A DNA stretch of 64,000 nucleotides from a virus (IMGVR_UViG_3300033067_001661:141624-205623); one strand, 5' to 3'; shown: positions 50,801 to 58,681, counted from the first letter of the stretch. Notes: generated by a model from the sequence alone, not told the origin. Translations and numbers: made by a program.

Positions 50801-51616
50801 GTCAATCCTCTTCTTGAGTTCTGCGTCTTCCTTTGTTATAGGTTGACCGCCCCTCAAAAACTCGTCAAGTTTCTTTGCTTCTTGAACACTCAACTCACCA
50901 GCAGCGGCCATTGCAAAACCTGATTTCTCAATAATATCAAGGTTTGCTTGCAAGCCGCCCTTTGCGATAGACATTGTTCCAAAAACGTTATTCAAAAGCT
51001 GAGACTTACCAACGATTGACTGAATATCGCCAAGCATTGCAGCCATTGCTTCTTTATTAGTTCCAACAGAAGAAGCAATCTGATCAAAGACAGACTTCAT
51101 ACCCTTAAGAGGAGCATAATTAAAGCCCCTCTCATATTGGCTCATAAGCTGCAATGTTTCAGACCTAAGGAACTTATAAGACGAGGACAAAGACTCTACC
51201 TGAGCCTTTGTTTGCGCAATTCCCTGTCCATACTTTGTAAACTGAGCAGAAGTTGCTCTTAGCTCATTACCAAACTTGTTGTAAGCTTGCAGAGCGCTAG
51301 TAATCGAAGGAACGCTGGCTCCTGTAACCGCGCCAAGCTTGCCCAAAGCAGCAAGAGGGGTATTGATAACCTGACCAAGCCCCTGCATAGCATAGGAGGC
51401 TCCCCTGAGCTTATCCGTCATCTTTGTCAGAGTCTTATTCGATTCCTCAAGCTCTATACGAGCCTGCCTCATCGCTTGCTCCATCAAAGAAGCGTAGCGC
51501 TTAAACTCAAGAGCGGTAGCGCCAACAGAAGGGGCAACGATACCCCTTGCCTCAAGAATCATTACTGCACGATTCTTGACTTCTCTTTGAAACTCTTTAT
51601 CACCAGCGGTAGACAT
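47885..51616 (-). CDS. Tail tape measure protein
   Basis: 1243 aa, Ala/Gly/Gln/Lys-rich and helical; hydrophobic GxxxG stretch (GAATGAIVGSVVPVLGTAIGAVAGGVIGGIGGL); long coiled coils; follows the tube and chaperone genes. Confidence 0.85.
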   Translation of the reverse strand: MSTAGDKEFQREVKNRAVMILEARGIVAPSVGATALEFKRYASLMEQAMRQARIELEESNKTLTKMTDKLRGASYAMQGLGQVINTPLAALGKLGAVTGASVPSITSALQAYNKFGNELRATSAQFTKYGQGIAQTKAQVESLSSSYKFLRSETLQLMSQYERGFNYAPLKGMKSVFDQIASSVGTNKEAMAAMLGDIQSIVGKSQLLNNVFGTMSIAKGGLQANLDIIEKSGFAMAAAGELSVQEAKKLDEFLRGGQPITKEDAELKKRIDEETKAFRNINKFFEDLQMRLGSGFIGTLKDISEYMDKNSEFLQSFASGLVIATAALTTLAGAVGGLANFMQTGMAVKNMLGSGGGLFRAASSTATGFGARALGGVGSAALAGGGGYLAAAGGLNIANWGAKKVGLINDDEHFMESDVGKVAGFGGGIALGAATGAIVGSVVPVLGTAIGAVAGGVIGGIGGLIAAWFENEEANEVKSAREKKNQMLALRDRANEQDLIASGATGASEAKKQEAAFIKSEIIPLEAELAEARQAGDAKQIEYLQKKLDFNNRNLAEMQEQNNKAQALLDIRKKVWEADNKNLETLTQYTIRLKSVEERYKIQVDLLNSQKAILDSFIGFFGMTQNLTGGFGSALGENLDEFRRRLDEAKKANDEYMKVIRQGSERSGISPERMQSLVAEADQLRAAGKVDEANEMEKNLTDATLIPLKTIRDYNKQLAEQNNLRKQGASIADKIVEAGSQAAEQSNKQTAFDESRKNLADSLGMGLRASVGMQMQVVKSIENEKRITLETIALLDQEQQKENQRFQTLLAAAESEEERQKIQKDRQASDFSFENKRLELGTKYTEQIRKQAELTKALREGYISAIAAMTTGAGVFTRIVISQEKRLGSLVFGAPDRVRALRAGSELEGRRESGRFGAGSLTEGAAGAAEKAVLSQFGDFTGSGTDFLRNGANAVINKVNSGPGGSVAAAVSDALYGSSQAFDEHKKATEDSASALTKLTTAASGFVGVTGNPSLMNSSVVAPDSGSFAGAVSPYVTKEKAKEVEQNKADVPAVVEVVQNNNDYLSKLVADEEEIRRMEQLVGAQTRALGQESSESPVSKAAKGLVSQGFGGIADYASYFSSGLFGSSKNSLTNWASGWEKTYSTDLSGMTKEQKLEGRQKNYFKLQEMKKKYEEDLNMYNLIIQDKVLASGSGENVKSFPNTVKDSINSNEVINAFKHAMTQVAVAAAREAIPQVLKEMRQA

Positions 51617-51662
51617 ATTTTACGATTTCCGTTCGGTATATTCTAATTTCGTCCGTTAAATG

Positions 51663-51688
51663 AAAAAACCTTCGGCCAAACCGAAGGT
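51663..51688 (-). terminator. Rho-independent terminator after the membrane-protein gene
   Basis: Minus strand ACCTTCGG-TTTGG-CCGAAGGT followed by a T run (8-bp stem). Confidence 0.8.
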
Positions 51689-51738
51689 CTTGAGCGTATT
51701 ATTACGTCTCTAAATGCTACTTCTTGCCAAGACCCGAC

Positions 51739-52287
51739 TTACTTGTACGAGTCAATTCTGTCCAAGTCCTTCTGACGCCTCTTCATTGCGTTTTGAGCAT
51801 ATTCATTCGCTTCGTCCAAGCAACGATTAGCTGCCTCGAAAAGTTCGTCCTTATTTCTACCAGGAGGCGTAAGCTTGTAGATTTCCATGTAAGCGTCTGC
51901 CTCTTTGATCTTATTCTCAACGTAGGCCTCGTCATGAGCCTTGTTTCGAATATAAATGTCCTGATTTCTTACAGACCGAGCAACAGGGTCGTTGTAGCTC
52001 TTACCAGTTGATCTCGCAATATCGAACATGAAGAAGCCAATAACAAACGTTCCCATGAAGATCAAGAAGTTTGCGATGAAGCCCCTGTAGCTAAGCACTC
52101 GGGCGGCAAGCAAAAGGATTGACGATGCAACAGAGAACAGGGCAACAAAGGTCAAAGCTCCCCAAATAGCTCCGTCTTCAAAAGGACCGCCTTCCGCAAC
52201 GACTCTGATAACGAAAGCAGCAATCCAAGCGCAGACAAGGAAAACGCAACCGATTGAGAAAAAAACCGTAGGTCTGCTGTTATCCAT
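51739..52287 (-). CDS. Membrane protein (three predicted TM helices plus soluble helical C-terminus), moron-like insertion
   Basis: Start reassigned to ATG 52287 (MDNSRP) with AAGGAG 7 nt upstream; three hydrophobic segments; own terminator; codon usage looks more GC-rich than the flanks. Confidence 0.75.
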   Translation of the reverse strand: MDNSRPTVFFSIGCVFLVCAWIAAFVIRVVAEGGPFEDGAIWGALTFVALFSVASSILLLAARVLSYRGFIANFLIFMGTFVIGFFMFDIARSTGKSYNDPVARSVRNQDIYIRNKAHDEAYVENKIKEADAYMEIYKLTPPGRNKDELFEAANRCLDEANEYAQNAMKRRQKDLDRIDSYK

Positions 52288-52385
52288 GACCGAACTCCTT
52301 TGGCAAGTATAGGCCATGAAAGGCCTATCCATCAGATTTTGCCTCAAAGTTTAGTCCTGAAGCCCAAATCTACCAAACAAGACCC

Positions 52386-52787
52386 TTACCCTGCCGAATT
52401 GAGGGCTTTCCCTAGCTCGGAAGCTATCGTGTCACAAATAACGGGGAAAAGAGCGTCAAGGCTCTCTTTTGTCGCAGGTATTTCTTTTCCTGAATCATCC
52501 TTGAATGTCCAACCCTTGAGCAGCGTGAAAAGCCTTGTGTACTTCAACTGGTTTGAGACAATTGACAGGTTTCCTTCTCCATCAACTTTTAGACCTGCAT
52601 CAAGAAACAACATATGGTCTTTGTATGACGGAACCCTGAAGAAAACGTCGTGATGGTCTATTTTTGATTTCTCAAACCCTTCAGGAGCATCTTCGCTATC
52701 GCCCCAACAAACAAGCTTACCTTTTGCGTCTTCGGCAAGATTGATACCAACCTTAATCTCTGCGTCTTTGTCAATAAACAGTTTCAT
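52386..52787 (-). CDS. Tail assembly chaperone paralogue
   Basis: 133 aa; LKGWTFKDDSGKEIPATKESLDAL aligns with LKEWDVQDDSGNVIPINEESIGQL of 52991..53449; AGGAG SD. Confidence 0.7.
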   Translation of the reverse strand: MKLFIDKDAEIKVGINLAEDAKGKLVCWGDSEDAPEGFEKSKIDHHDVFFRVPSYKDHMLFLDAGLKVDGEGNLSIVSNQLKYTRLFTLLKGWTFKDDSGKEIPATKESLDALFPVICDTIASELGKALNSAG

Positions 52788-52796
52788 TTGCTACTC

Positions 52797-53449
52797 CTAT
52801 AACTTATTTGAAGCTCTTACGGCGTCAATCGACTTCTTCAGTAGAAGTATTATCGAATGTTCTCTAAACTTTTTCACAGGCAACGCCTCAATATACTCAA
52901 GGGACCAGCCATACTCTGAGGCAAATAAATGCTCATATATTGAATCAGGAATCTCTTGTTGAGAGAGAATCTTTGAATCAGTATATAGCCTTATGGCTGC
53001 GTCCGCGATTTTTTTTCGTCATTCTCGCTTGGCGAAGTGCTTTCGTCATATTTGCCAAGAAGTTCTTCAGCTATAGAGTTTGGTAACTGACCAATGCTCT
53101 CTTCATTGATTGGAATGACATTGCCAGAATCGTCCTGTACGTCCCACTCCTTAAGACAGGTTCTAAATATGTTATCCTTGTACTTTGTTGGGTCAAGTCT
53201 TTGAGAACCGTCAGCAGGGTTGTAATATGTAGAAGCCCTCATGACTTTGTTTGATATTTTCCAAGTAGGAATAGCCCATTTCGTATTCAAAACATCAACA
53301 GTTTCGTCTTTTTTCTCAAGGAGTTTTTTCCCTTCTTCTTCTGAAAGAATTTTGAACTGAAGATATCCTGACTTGTTTTTCTTAACTTGATAGTACAGCG
53401 TAATATGTATGAGATTTTCTTCATCTCTTATAAGCAGTGACTTCGCCAT
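52797..53449 (-). CDS. Tail assembly chaperone frameshift fusion (gpGT-like, about 217 aa) via -1 slip at 53009-53016
   Basis: GAA AAA AAA slippery run; the -1 frame is open for 70 codons (IADAAIRLYTDSKILSQQEIPDSIYEHLFASEYGWSLEYIEALPVKKFREH...ASNKL*), has no ATG start of its own and fills the 52788-52990 gap. Confidence 0.8.
52991..53449 (-). CDS. Tail assembly chaperone (gpG-like)
   Basis: 152 aa between tube and tape measure; CLKEWDVQD..IPINEESIGQLP motif; ends EKK on an A8 run; AAGGAG SD. Confidence 0.8.
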   Translation of the reverse strand: MAKSLLIRDEENLIHITLYYQVKKNKSGYLQFKILSEEEGKKLLEKKDETVDVLNTKWAIPTWKISNKVMRASTYYNPADGSQRLDPTKYKDNIFRTCLKEWDVQDDSGNVIPINEESIGQLPNSIAEELLGKYDESTSPSENDEKKSRTQP

Positions 53450-53476
53450 TTATTTCTCCTTGTAATACAGCGTAAC

Positions 53477-53510
53477 AAGACAAACCCTCTTGAGAACAGA
53501 GGGTCGTCTT
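53477..53510 (-). terminator. Stem-loop (probable leaky terminator/stabiliser) after the tail tube gene
   Basis: Minus strand AAGACGACCCTCT-GTTCTCA-AGAGGGTTTGTCTT, followed by GTT. Confidence 0.6.
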
Positions 53511-53543
53511 CTACGAACATATCGTCATTTACGACGTTGATAA

Positions 53544-54602
53544 TCAGGTGAGAGGCTGGAAATAGCCAGGAGCGGATGGACCGCCAAACGAGTTGGAAGC
53601 ATTGTCAACAGATACGTTGCAAGCACCAAGCTCCAATGCCTCATAATCATTTTCGCAGTCGCCAAGGGCGCTGAAAGGCATTCTTGTTTCAACAAGGTCG
53701 TTACTAATAGCAACTTCTTCAATCTGGAAGATTACACCCCAAAGAGCGGTTGCCCAATAAGGAACGGTTGCGCTACCAAGAGTATAACCAAACTGGATCT
53801 TAGTTCTAGAAGTAAAGCGATTCTGATTGTTATATACGAAATCATGGAACTGTTTGTTCGCAAAACCCATAAGAGTCAAGCTACCTTCGATTGACCTCTT
53901 ACGAGCGGTAATATCCTGAGGAACAAGCTTACCATTCAAGGTATAGAAACGATCTGCATTGTTGTTAAGAGTTACTTCAAAAGCTCTAATAAACGAACCT
54001 GGGACAACGATATTCTCTTCTCTTGCAAAAACGTTGATTCGGAAATCGTTCCAGGTAACAACACGAGCAGGAGCCAACATGGTTGGTTCTCTTTCAGTCG
54101 TAAGAGCTTCTCTTACGTTATCAGTAACGTTTGCTCCACCAATAACTCCAAAGTTAATCTTTACAACGTCAGCTTGAGTGACGTTAATTCTCATGGTATT
54201 AATGATGCAGTTTGGATAACGGAAAGCGGTGTTGTCTGTATAGCGAACGTCTACATTGAACTGGTTAACAAGACGACCAACTTGGTCTCTCTTAGCAGCA
54301 ATGTTCCAGAGGCGATTTGCTAGGTTTGTTTGGCAAGTAGCGTCTGGCTCGCCGCAATCCTTACCTGTACCATTCTGAATACCTTCATGAACAAGAGGAA
54401 ACTCAGCAGAGCCGTCTACCATACGGGGACCAACTTGGTAGAGAGTTCTGTCGATACGACCGTCAACAACGTCAGGATATGTTATGTCTTGCTTGGCTCG
54501 TATATCACAAGACAAGGCTCTTACAAAGATTTCTTGGCCGATAGACCCTCCTGAGAATCTAACGGAACCAACAAATCCCATTTGTGCTGTTGGAATAGGC
54601 AT
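53544..54602 (-). CDS. Major tail tube protein
   Basis: 352 aa, beta-rich with two related halves (VDGSAEFP..CIINTMRINV..KINFGVIG; IRAFEVTLNNN..RSIEGSLTL); directly upstream of chaperones and tape measure; strong AAGGAG SD and downstream hairpin. Confidence 0.8.
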   Translation of the reverse strand: MPIPTAQMGFVGSVRFSGGSIGQEIFVRALSCDIRAKQDITYPDVVDGRIDRTLYQVGPRMVDGSAEFPLVHEGIQNGTGKDCGEPDATCQTNLANRLWNIAAKRDQVGRLVNQFNVDVRYTDNTAFRYPNCIINTMRINVTQADVVKINFGVIGGANVTDNVREALTTEREPTMLAPARVVTWNDFRINVFAREENIVVPGSFIRAFEVTLNNNADRFYTLNGKLVPQDITARKRSIEGSLTLMGFANKQFHDFVYNNQNRFTSRTKIQFGYTLGSATVPYWATALWGVIFQIEEVAISNDLVETRMPFSALGDCENDYEALELGACNVSVDNASNSFGGPSAPGYFQPLT

Positions 54603-54633
54603 ACTAAATCACTCCTTACCTAGTTATTGTAAA

Positions 54634-55098
54634 TCAGCAAGCAGGTATTGCTGTCCCGTCTGCAAATCTTGGAACGGTAAGTCCGTCAACAGCAGAGTAG
54701 GTTGCAGAAGGAAGGTTGGAGATATTTCCTTGACATACGAGAACTCCCGTAATCTTGCAGAGTTCTGCCCATGCCATAGGAATCTCAACATTCGCTTCTA
54801 TCAAATAATCGTTGAGGTCAGTAACCGCAGCGCCGGATCTATTGATAACATGGTTATTGATAGCTCTTACAGCGCTGAGATAGGTAGTTGGCGAACGGTA
54901 AATATCCGTGTTGATCTGATAACTTGTCCAAAATTCATTGATGAGGTCGATTGTTGGGTACACATTATCAGACAATACGATCTTGTAAACTGCGTCATAC
55001 AAGTAATCAACCGAACCCACGTTCGCTATTCTTGCATTGGCGTAGTACGTCGCAATTGCCAGATAATCTGCTCCACTTATTACATTGCTAGACAACAT
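54634..55098 (-). CDS. Hypothetical protein, probably virion-associated
   Basis: 154 aa with AGAGGAG SD; co-oriented and immediately upstream of the tube gene. Confidence 0.65.
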   Translation of the reverse strand: MLSSNVISGADYLAIATYYANARIANVGSVDYLYDAVYKIVLSDNVYPTIDLINEFWTSYQINTDIYRSPTTYLSAVRAINNHVINRSGAAVTDLNDYLIEANVEIPMAWAELCKITGVLVCQGNISNLPSATYSAVDGLTVPRFADGTAIPAC

Positions 55099-55228
55099 TT
55101 GTATTAACTCCTCTTTCTAAGCTGGTCCCTTGAGCAAACGCTTCTACTCCATATTCTGCTTCTAATATAGAGTCTCCTCTTTTTTTTCAAGAAGTCAATA
55201 CAAAATCCTTCTGGAACGAAAAAGAAAT

Positions 55229-56386
55229 TCAAACAGAATCGAGAGCCAAAACCGGCTTAGACGAAAGAGCCTCCTGAACAACGTTTGAAAAGCCTTCCAA
55301 AAAGGACTGTTTGGAAAACTGATTGGAAAGGTTTCTGGCAGCAACAGAAGCCTCTTTAAGCTTGTCTTTATTATGAAGAAGATTTATCAGAGTTTGATTC
55401 AGTGCTTCCGAAGAGATTATAGCAAATTCCTCTTCATTCTGACCTACAAATATACAATACGGAACAAAGAATCTCAATCCTTCTGGCATTTTCGAAATTA
55501 TCTCTCCAACCCTACCGTAATTAGGGCCTACAGGAACACAACCGCATCTCATACCCTCCAGCAAAGACAAGCCAGTGGCCGACTTTATCGAACAATCGAC
55601 TATAACAGATGAATTGTTGTAAATTTCATTCATCTTAGAAAGAGATACACCTTCCTTAATGGAGCAATAGTCTTCGGTGTAGGATAGCTTATCAGCTTTA
55701 TATCGTTCTTTGAGAATATCTAGGTTGTAATCGCCAGGATCGTAAAGATTTGTATGTATATAGCTATTCAACCCGCTAGAAGCCCTAATAAAAGCAGCCA
55801 AGTTACTAGATTGAGCATTCCTTGCGGAACAAAGAACTCTATCTCTAGTAGAAGTAGGATCAAAAACAAAGTCTCTATCGTCTGGGCCATAAGGAATGAA
55901 AGTCGCCCTAACATTCGCAAAGGACGAAATCTCCTTCAAACCAAACTCGCTTGTTGAAACAATAGCGTCAGCGTATTCAAAGCTATCCTTACTGGCAACG
56001 GAAATGCCGCAAGAATCAAATGTATAAACCGCAATCCACCTAAACAGAGTTGGATACATGGATTTGATTGCGTAAACAAAATTCGTATCCTTGTAATCGC
56101 CAATCGTTATAACAAGATCAGGCTGAGTCCTCTTCATAAGCTCATATATAAATGGGGAGGCCTCTTCTGTCTTTGGCGTAAATGGATACAAATAACAAAC
56201 GTGCTTACCGTCTTTCTCGTAAGAATGAACGCCTTCTTCGGAGGGCATAAAATACCCTTCGTCATGATGCCAAACGGCAGAGCTAACCTCATGTCCTTCC
56301 GAAACAAACTTTTCAATAATGTCTGCATTTATCTTGGCATTTCTAACCAAGAGATAGGGCGAAGCGCCAATGGTCAATATCTTCAT
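55229..56386 (-). CDS. Glycosyltransferase family 4-like (GT-B fold), divergent nucleotide-sugar motif
   Basis: MKILTIG start, QPDLVITIGD, ADAIVSTSEFG, IPYGPD, MNEIYNNSSVIVDCSIKSATGLSLLEGMRCGCVPV. Confidence 0.85.
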   Translation of the reverse strand: MKILTIGASPYLLVRNAKINADIIEKFVSEGHEVSSAVWHHDEGYFMPSEEGVHSYEKDGKHVCYLYPFTPKTEEASPFIYELMKRTQPDLVITIGDYKDTNFVYAIKSMYPTLFRWIAVYTFDSCGISVASKDSFEYADAIVSTSEFGLKEISSFANVRATFIPYGPDDRDFVFDPTSTRDRVLCSARNAQSSNLAAFIRASSGLNSYIHTNLYDPGDYNLDILKERYKADKLSYTEDYCSIKEGVSLSKMNEIYNNSSVIVDCSIKSATGLSLLEGMRCGCVPVGPNYGRVGEIISKMPEGLRFFVPYCIFVGQNEEEFAIISSEALNQTLINLLHNKDKLKEASVAARNLSNQFSKQSFLEGFSNVVQEALSSKPVLALDSV

Positions 56387-56388
56387 GT

Positions 56389-56847
56389 TTACTCCATAAG
56401 TATGTACAGCGGGTTTTCAGGCCCATAAGATGTCAACTCGTATATCTCGTCAATCTTCGACTGCGAAATTAGAGACGTACAATCAATGATAACTGCTTGA
56501 TATCCAGAGACTCCCATAAGTCTTTCAAGACAGTTCGGCGAGCAAACTACAACTTTATCTTTTAGCTCTGGACTAAGTTTTAAGAATCTCGCTGCAAGAG
56601 TCATATTCGGAAGGACAAGTATAACCTTATCAAACCTATCTTCTATAATCTGCATGATTGCAGACGTATGACCAGCGCCTCTGTAAGAACAAAGTTTAAT
56701 AGTTGAGTATTCTTTTGCTCGTTTTATTCTTGGCAGAAAATCCAAAACATTACCAAGTTCTTTTTGTCGTTCCCTTGCCATATCAACAAGAGTAAGAAGA
56801 CAAGTATACAATTTACCGCCACGATATCCGGTATTTACCATTTCCAT
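56389..56847 (-). CDS. Small degenerate P-loop NTPase-like protein
   Basis: 152 aa; YRGAGHTS (Walker A-like with K replaced by H), VILVLPN, YQAVIIDC (Walker B-like). Confidence 0.5.
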   Translation of the reverse strand: MEMVNTGYRGGKLYTCLLTLVDMARERQKELGNVLDFLPRIKRAKEYSTIKLCSYRGAGHTSAIMQIIEDRFDKVILVLPNMTLAARFLKLSPELKDKVVVCSPNCLERLMGVSGYQAVIIDCTSLISQSKIDEIYELTSYGPENPLYILME

Positions 56848-56931
56848 AGGAACATCTCCCTTCCAGCCAAATATAAAAAGGAATATGTTCCTTACATTTG
56901 GTATATGATATTATCGACAAGGAGAAACAAA

Positions 56932-57489
56932 ATGATAGGACAAAGATTTGGAAGACTTGTTGTTGGAGAAAAAACAGAAATACGATTACAAGGCAAAAGT
57001 AAACACAAAACCCTATATCACCACTGTATATGTGATTGCGGCAAAGATCTTTTTGTAAGAAAACAAAGCCTGAAAGGAGGAAACACAAAAAGCTGTGGAT
57101 GCTATAAAAACGAACATTCAAAACTAATAGGAAGAAAAAACAGAAAAGGGAAATATACAGGTAAAGCAACAATAAACTATTTACTTAGAAAATACAAATA
57201 TAACGCTTCAAAAAGAAAAATTACATTTGATCTCTGTATGGAAGATTTTAACAAGATAATAAAAGAAAATTGCTACTACTGCGATAAAGAACCATCGCAA
57301 AAAATAGAACTTAGCTCACAGAAACTGTATTACAATGGCGTTGATAGAATAGACAGTTCAAAAGGATATATTAAAAGCAATTGCGTGCCTTGCTGTAAAA
57401 TGTGTAATATAGCAAAAAGTTCTTATTCTTTATCTGAGTTTAAGGAATGGATTTCTAAAGTATACAACAAACACTGTAAACGGGGCTGA
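56932..57489 (+). CDS. Free-standing HNH-type homing endonuclease, opposite strand
   Basis: Start reassigned to ATG 56932 after AAGGAG; MIGQRFGRLVV..CICDCG..TKSCGC N-terminus; CYYC..NGVDRIDSSKGYIKSNCVPCCKMCNIAK nuclease domain; AT-rich; the only credible plus-strand gene. Confidence 0.88.
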   Translation: MIGQRFGRLVVGEKTEIRLQGKSKHKTLYHHCICDCGKDLFVRKQSLKGGNTKSCGCYKNEHSKLIGRKNRKGKYTGKATINYLLRKYKYNASKRKITFDLCMEDFNKIIKENCYYCDKEPSQKIELSSQKLYYNGVDRIDSSKGYIKSNCVPCCKMCNIAKSSYSLSEFKEWISKVYNKHCKRG

Positions 57490-57509
57490 TATAGGAGATT
57501 ATCGGCAAA

Positions 57510-58415
57510 TTATGTTAGTTGAGGGTCAGACCAGCCATGCCTTGTCTGAACTTCCATCTCTTCTCCGAACCATGTTATGCTTGCCGCATGAAGAAGAGTC
57601 CCCTTGTACTTAAACCCATAGTTGATATCGCTAGGCCAAGAGTTGTATATAAACCTAGTCAACTTAATAACCTTCGTTTGCTCGTCAACAGCATAAGGGA
57701 AGTGAGGATTAGGAAAAACTTGCAAAGTTGTTGAATCTGGAATCGAAGCAACCCTCAACTCTTCTGCTTGATAAATGTTCTCTATCACTATCTTGTCTTC
57801 GCATACAAATTTCGAGGAATCAGCAACCTTGATAAACTCGTCTTCTGCATTTACGTCTGCAATCAAATTGCTTGTATCATAAGCGCCAATAAGAGGAAAG
57901 ATATTCTTCTTCAAACCTAACTGAATGATATTTGCAAGCTGCATAACCGTTCTATAAGAAGATTCATGGTTATCATTCTCTGCATAAATAGCTATCTGAA
58001 GATTGTATCTCTCTTTTGTTGTACCAAGAGTAAACCATTCAGACGTTCTATTTTGACCAAGTATGGTTATGGCTGGATAACGAGGAATAACGTCAGGCTC
58101 GCCTATGTAGATAGCCTGAACAAACTGTCCGTCATACGTCTTCGTTATCATTGCATTTGCCGAGACTCTCCAACCAGTTATAACCTTGATTGGCGACTCA
58201 AGAATGATTGTATTCCTATCTGGAATTTCCGCAATCCTCAAGCCAGGCTCGCCATTAACGCCGTCATGCAAAGCAACTTCGTCACCAACTCGAAAGCGTA
58301 TAGCAGAGTTGACTTTTATAGTCGTCGTATTGTAGGGAGCGTCCTCCGTAAGGGTCGCGCTCGTGTTGACCCAACGGTAAATTGTTCTTCTTACGCTCTC
58401 TAGAATTTCAATCAT
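57510..58415 (-). CDS. Tail terminator/completion-like protein with two inserted beta-barrel modules
   Basis: Core YIGEPDVIPRYPAITI..ERYNLQIAIY..VMQLANIIQLGL..INYG..LHAASITW resembles gpU/gp17-type terminators; position between adaptor and tube. Confidence 0.65.
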   Translation of the reverse strand: MIEILESVRRTIYRWVNTSATLTEDAPYNTTTIKVNSAIRFRVGDEVALHDGVNGEPGLRIAEIPDRNTIILESPIKVITGWRVSANAMITKTYDGQFVQAIYIGEPDVIPRYPAITILGQNRTSEWFTLGTTKERYNLQIAIYAENDNHESSYRTVMQLANIIQLGLKKNIFPLIGAYDTSNLIADVNAEDEFIKVADSSKFVCEDKIVIENIYQAEELRVASIPDSTTLQVFPNPHFPYAVDEQTKVIKLTRFIYNSWPSDINYGFKYKGTLLHAASITWFGEEMEVQTRHGWSDPQLT

Positions 58416-58681
58416 TAGAAGTTCCTATCCAAAAGATCGTCTAGTAAGTTTTTAGCAATGTTATCAACAGCTTTGTTGACATTGTTATTATCAATCTCGC
58501 TTGTCTTCATATAGTCTTCGTATTCAGCCCTATTTATTGCGTCCTCTTTTGTCTTGCTTATTTTTGATTCATTAGGCAAGCCAATATCGGTAACAAGTTT
58601 TGTATTTTCAATTTGAGAAGAAAGTTGCTCTATGCTTTTTATTAACTGATCAAATGTAACTTCTTTTTCAGACTCGCTCAT
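58415..58681 (-). CDS. Small acidic hypothetical protein
   Basis: 88 aa; start and stop overlap both neighbours (ATGA, TAATG). Confidence 0.65.
   Translation of the reverse strand: MSESEKEVTFDQLIKSIEQLSSQIENTKLVTDIGLPNESKISKTKEDAINRAEYEDYMKTSEIDNNNVNKAVDNIAKNLLDDLLDRNF

Noticed and set aside
27670-53530. GACGA(T/A)AT motif in three intergenic gaps as a regulatory site
   Set aside because: Short, at inconsistent distances from start codons, and one copy lies upstream of a terminator-like hairpin; could be chance.
55155-55200. Sigma70 promoter TTGAAA...TATATT upstream of the tube module
   Set aside because: The spacer is only 15 nt, and the nearby TTGACT has no -10 at 17 nt; not supportable.
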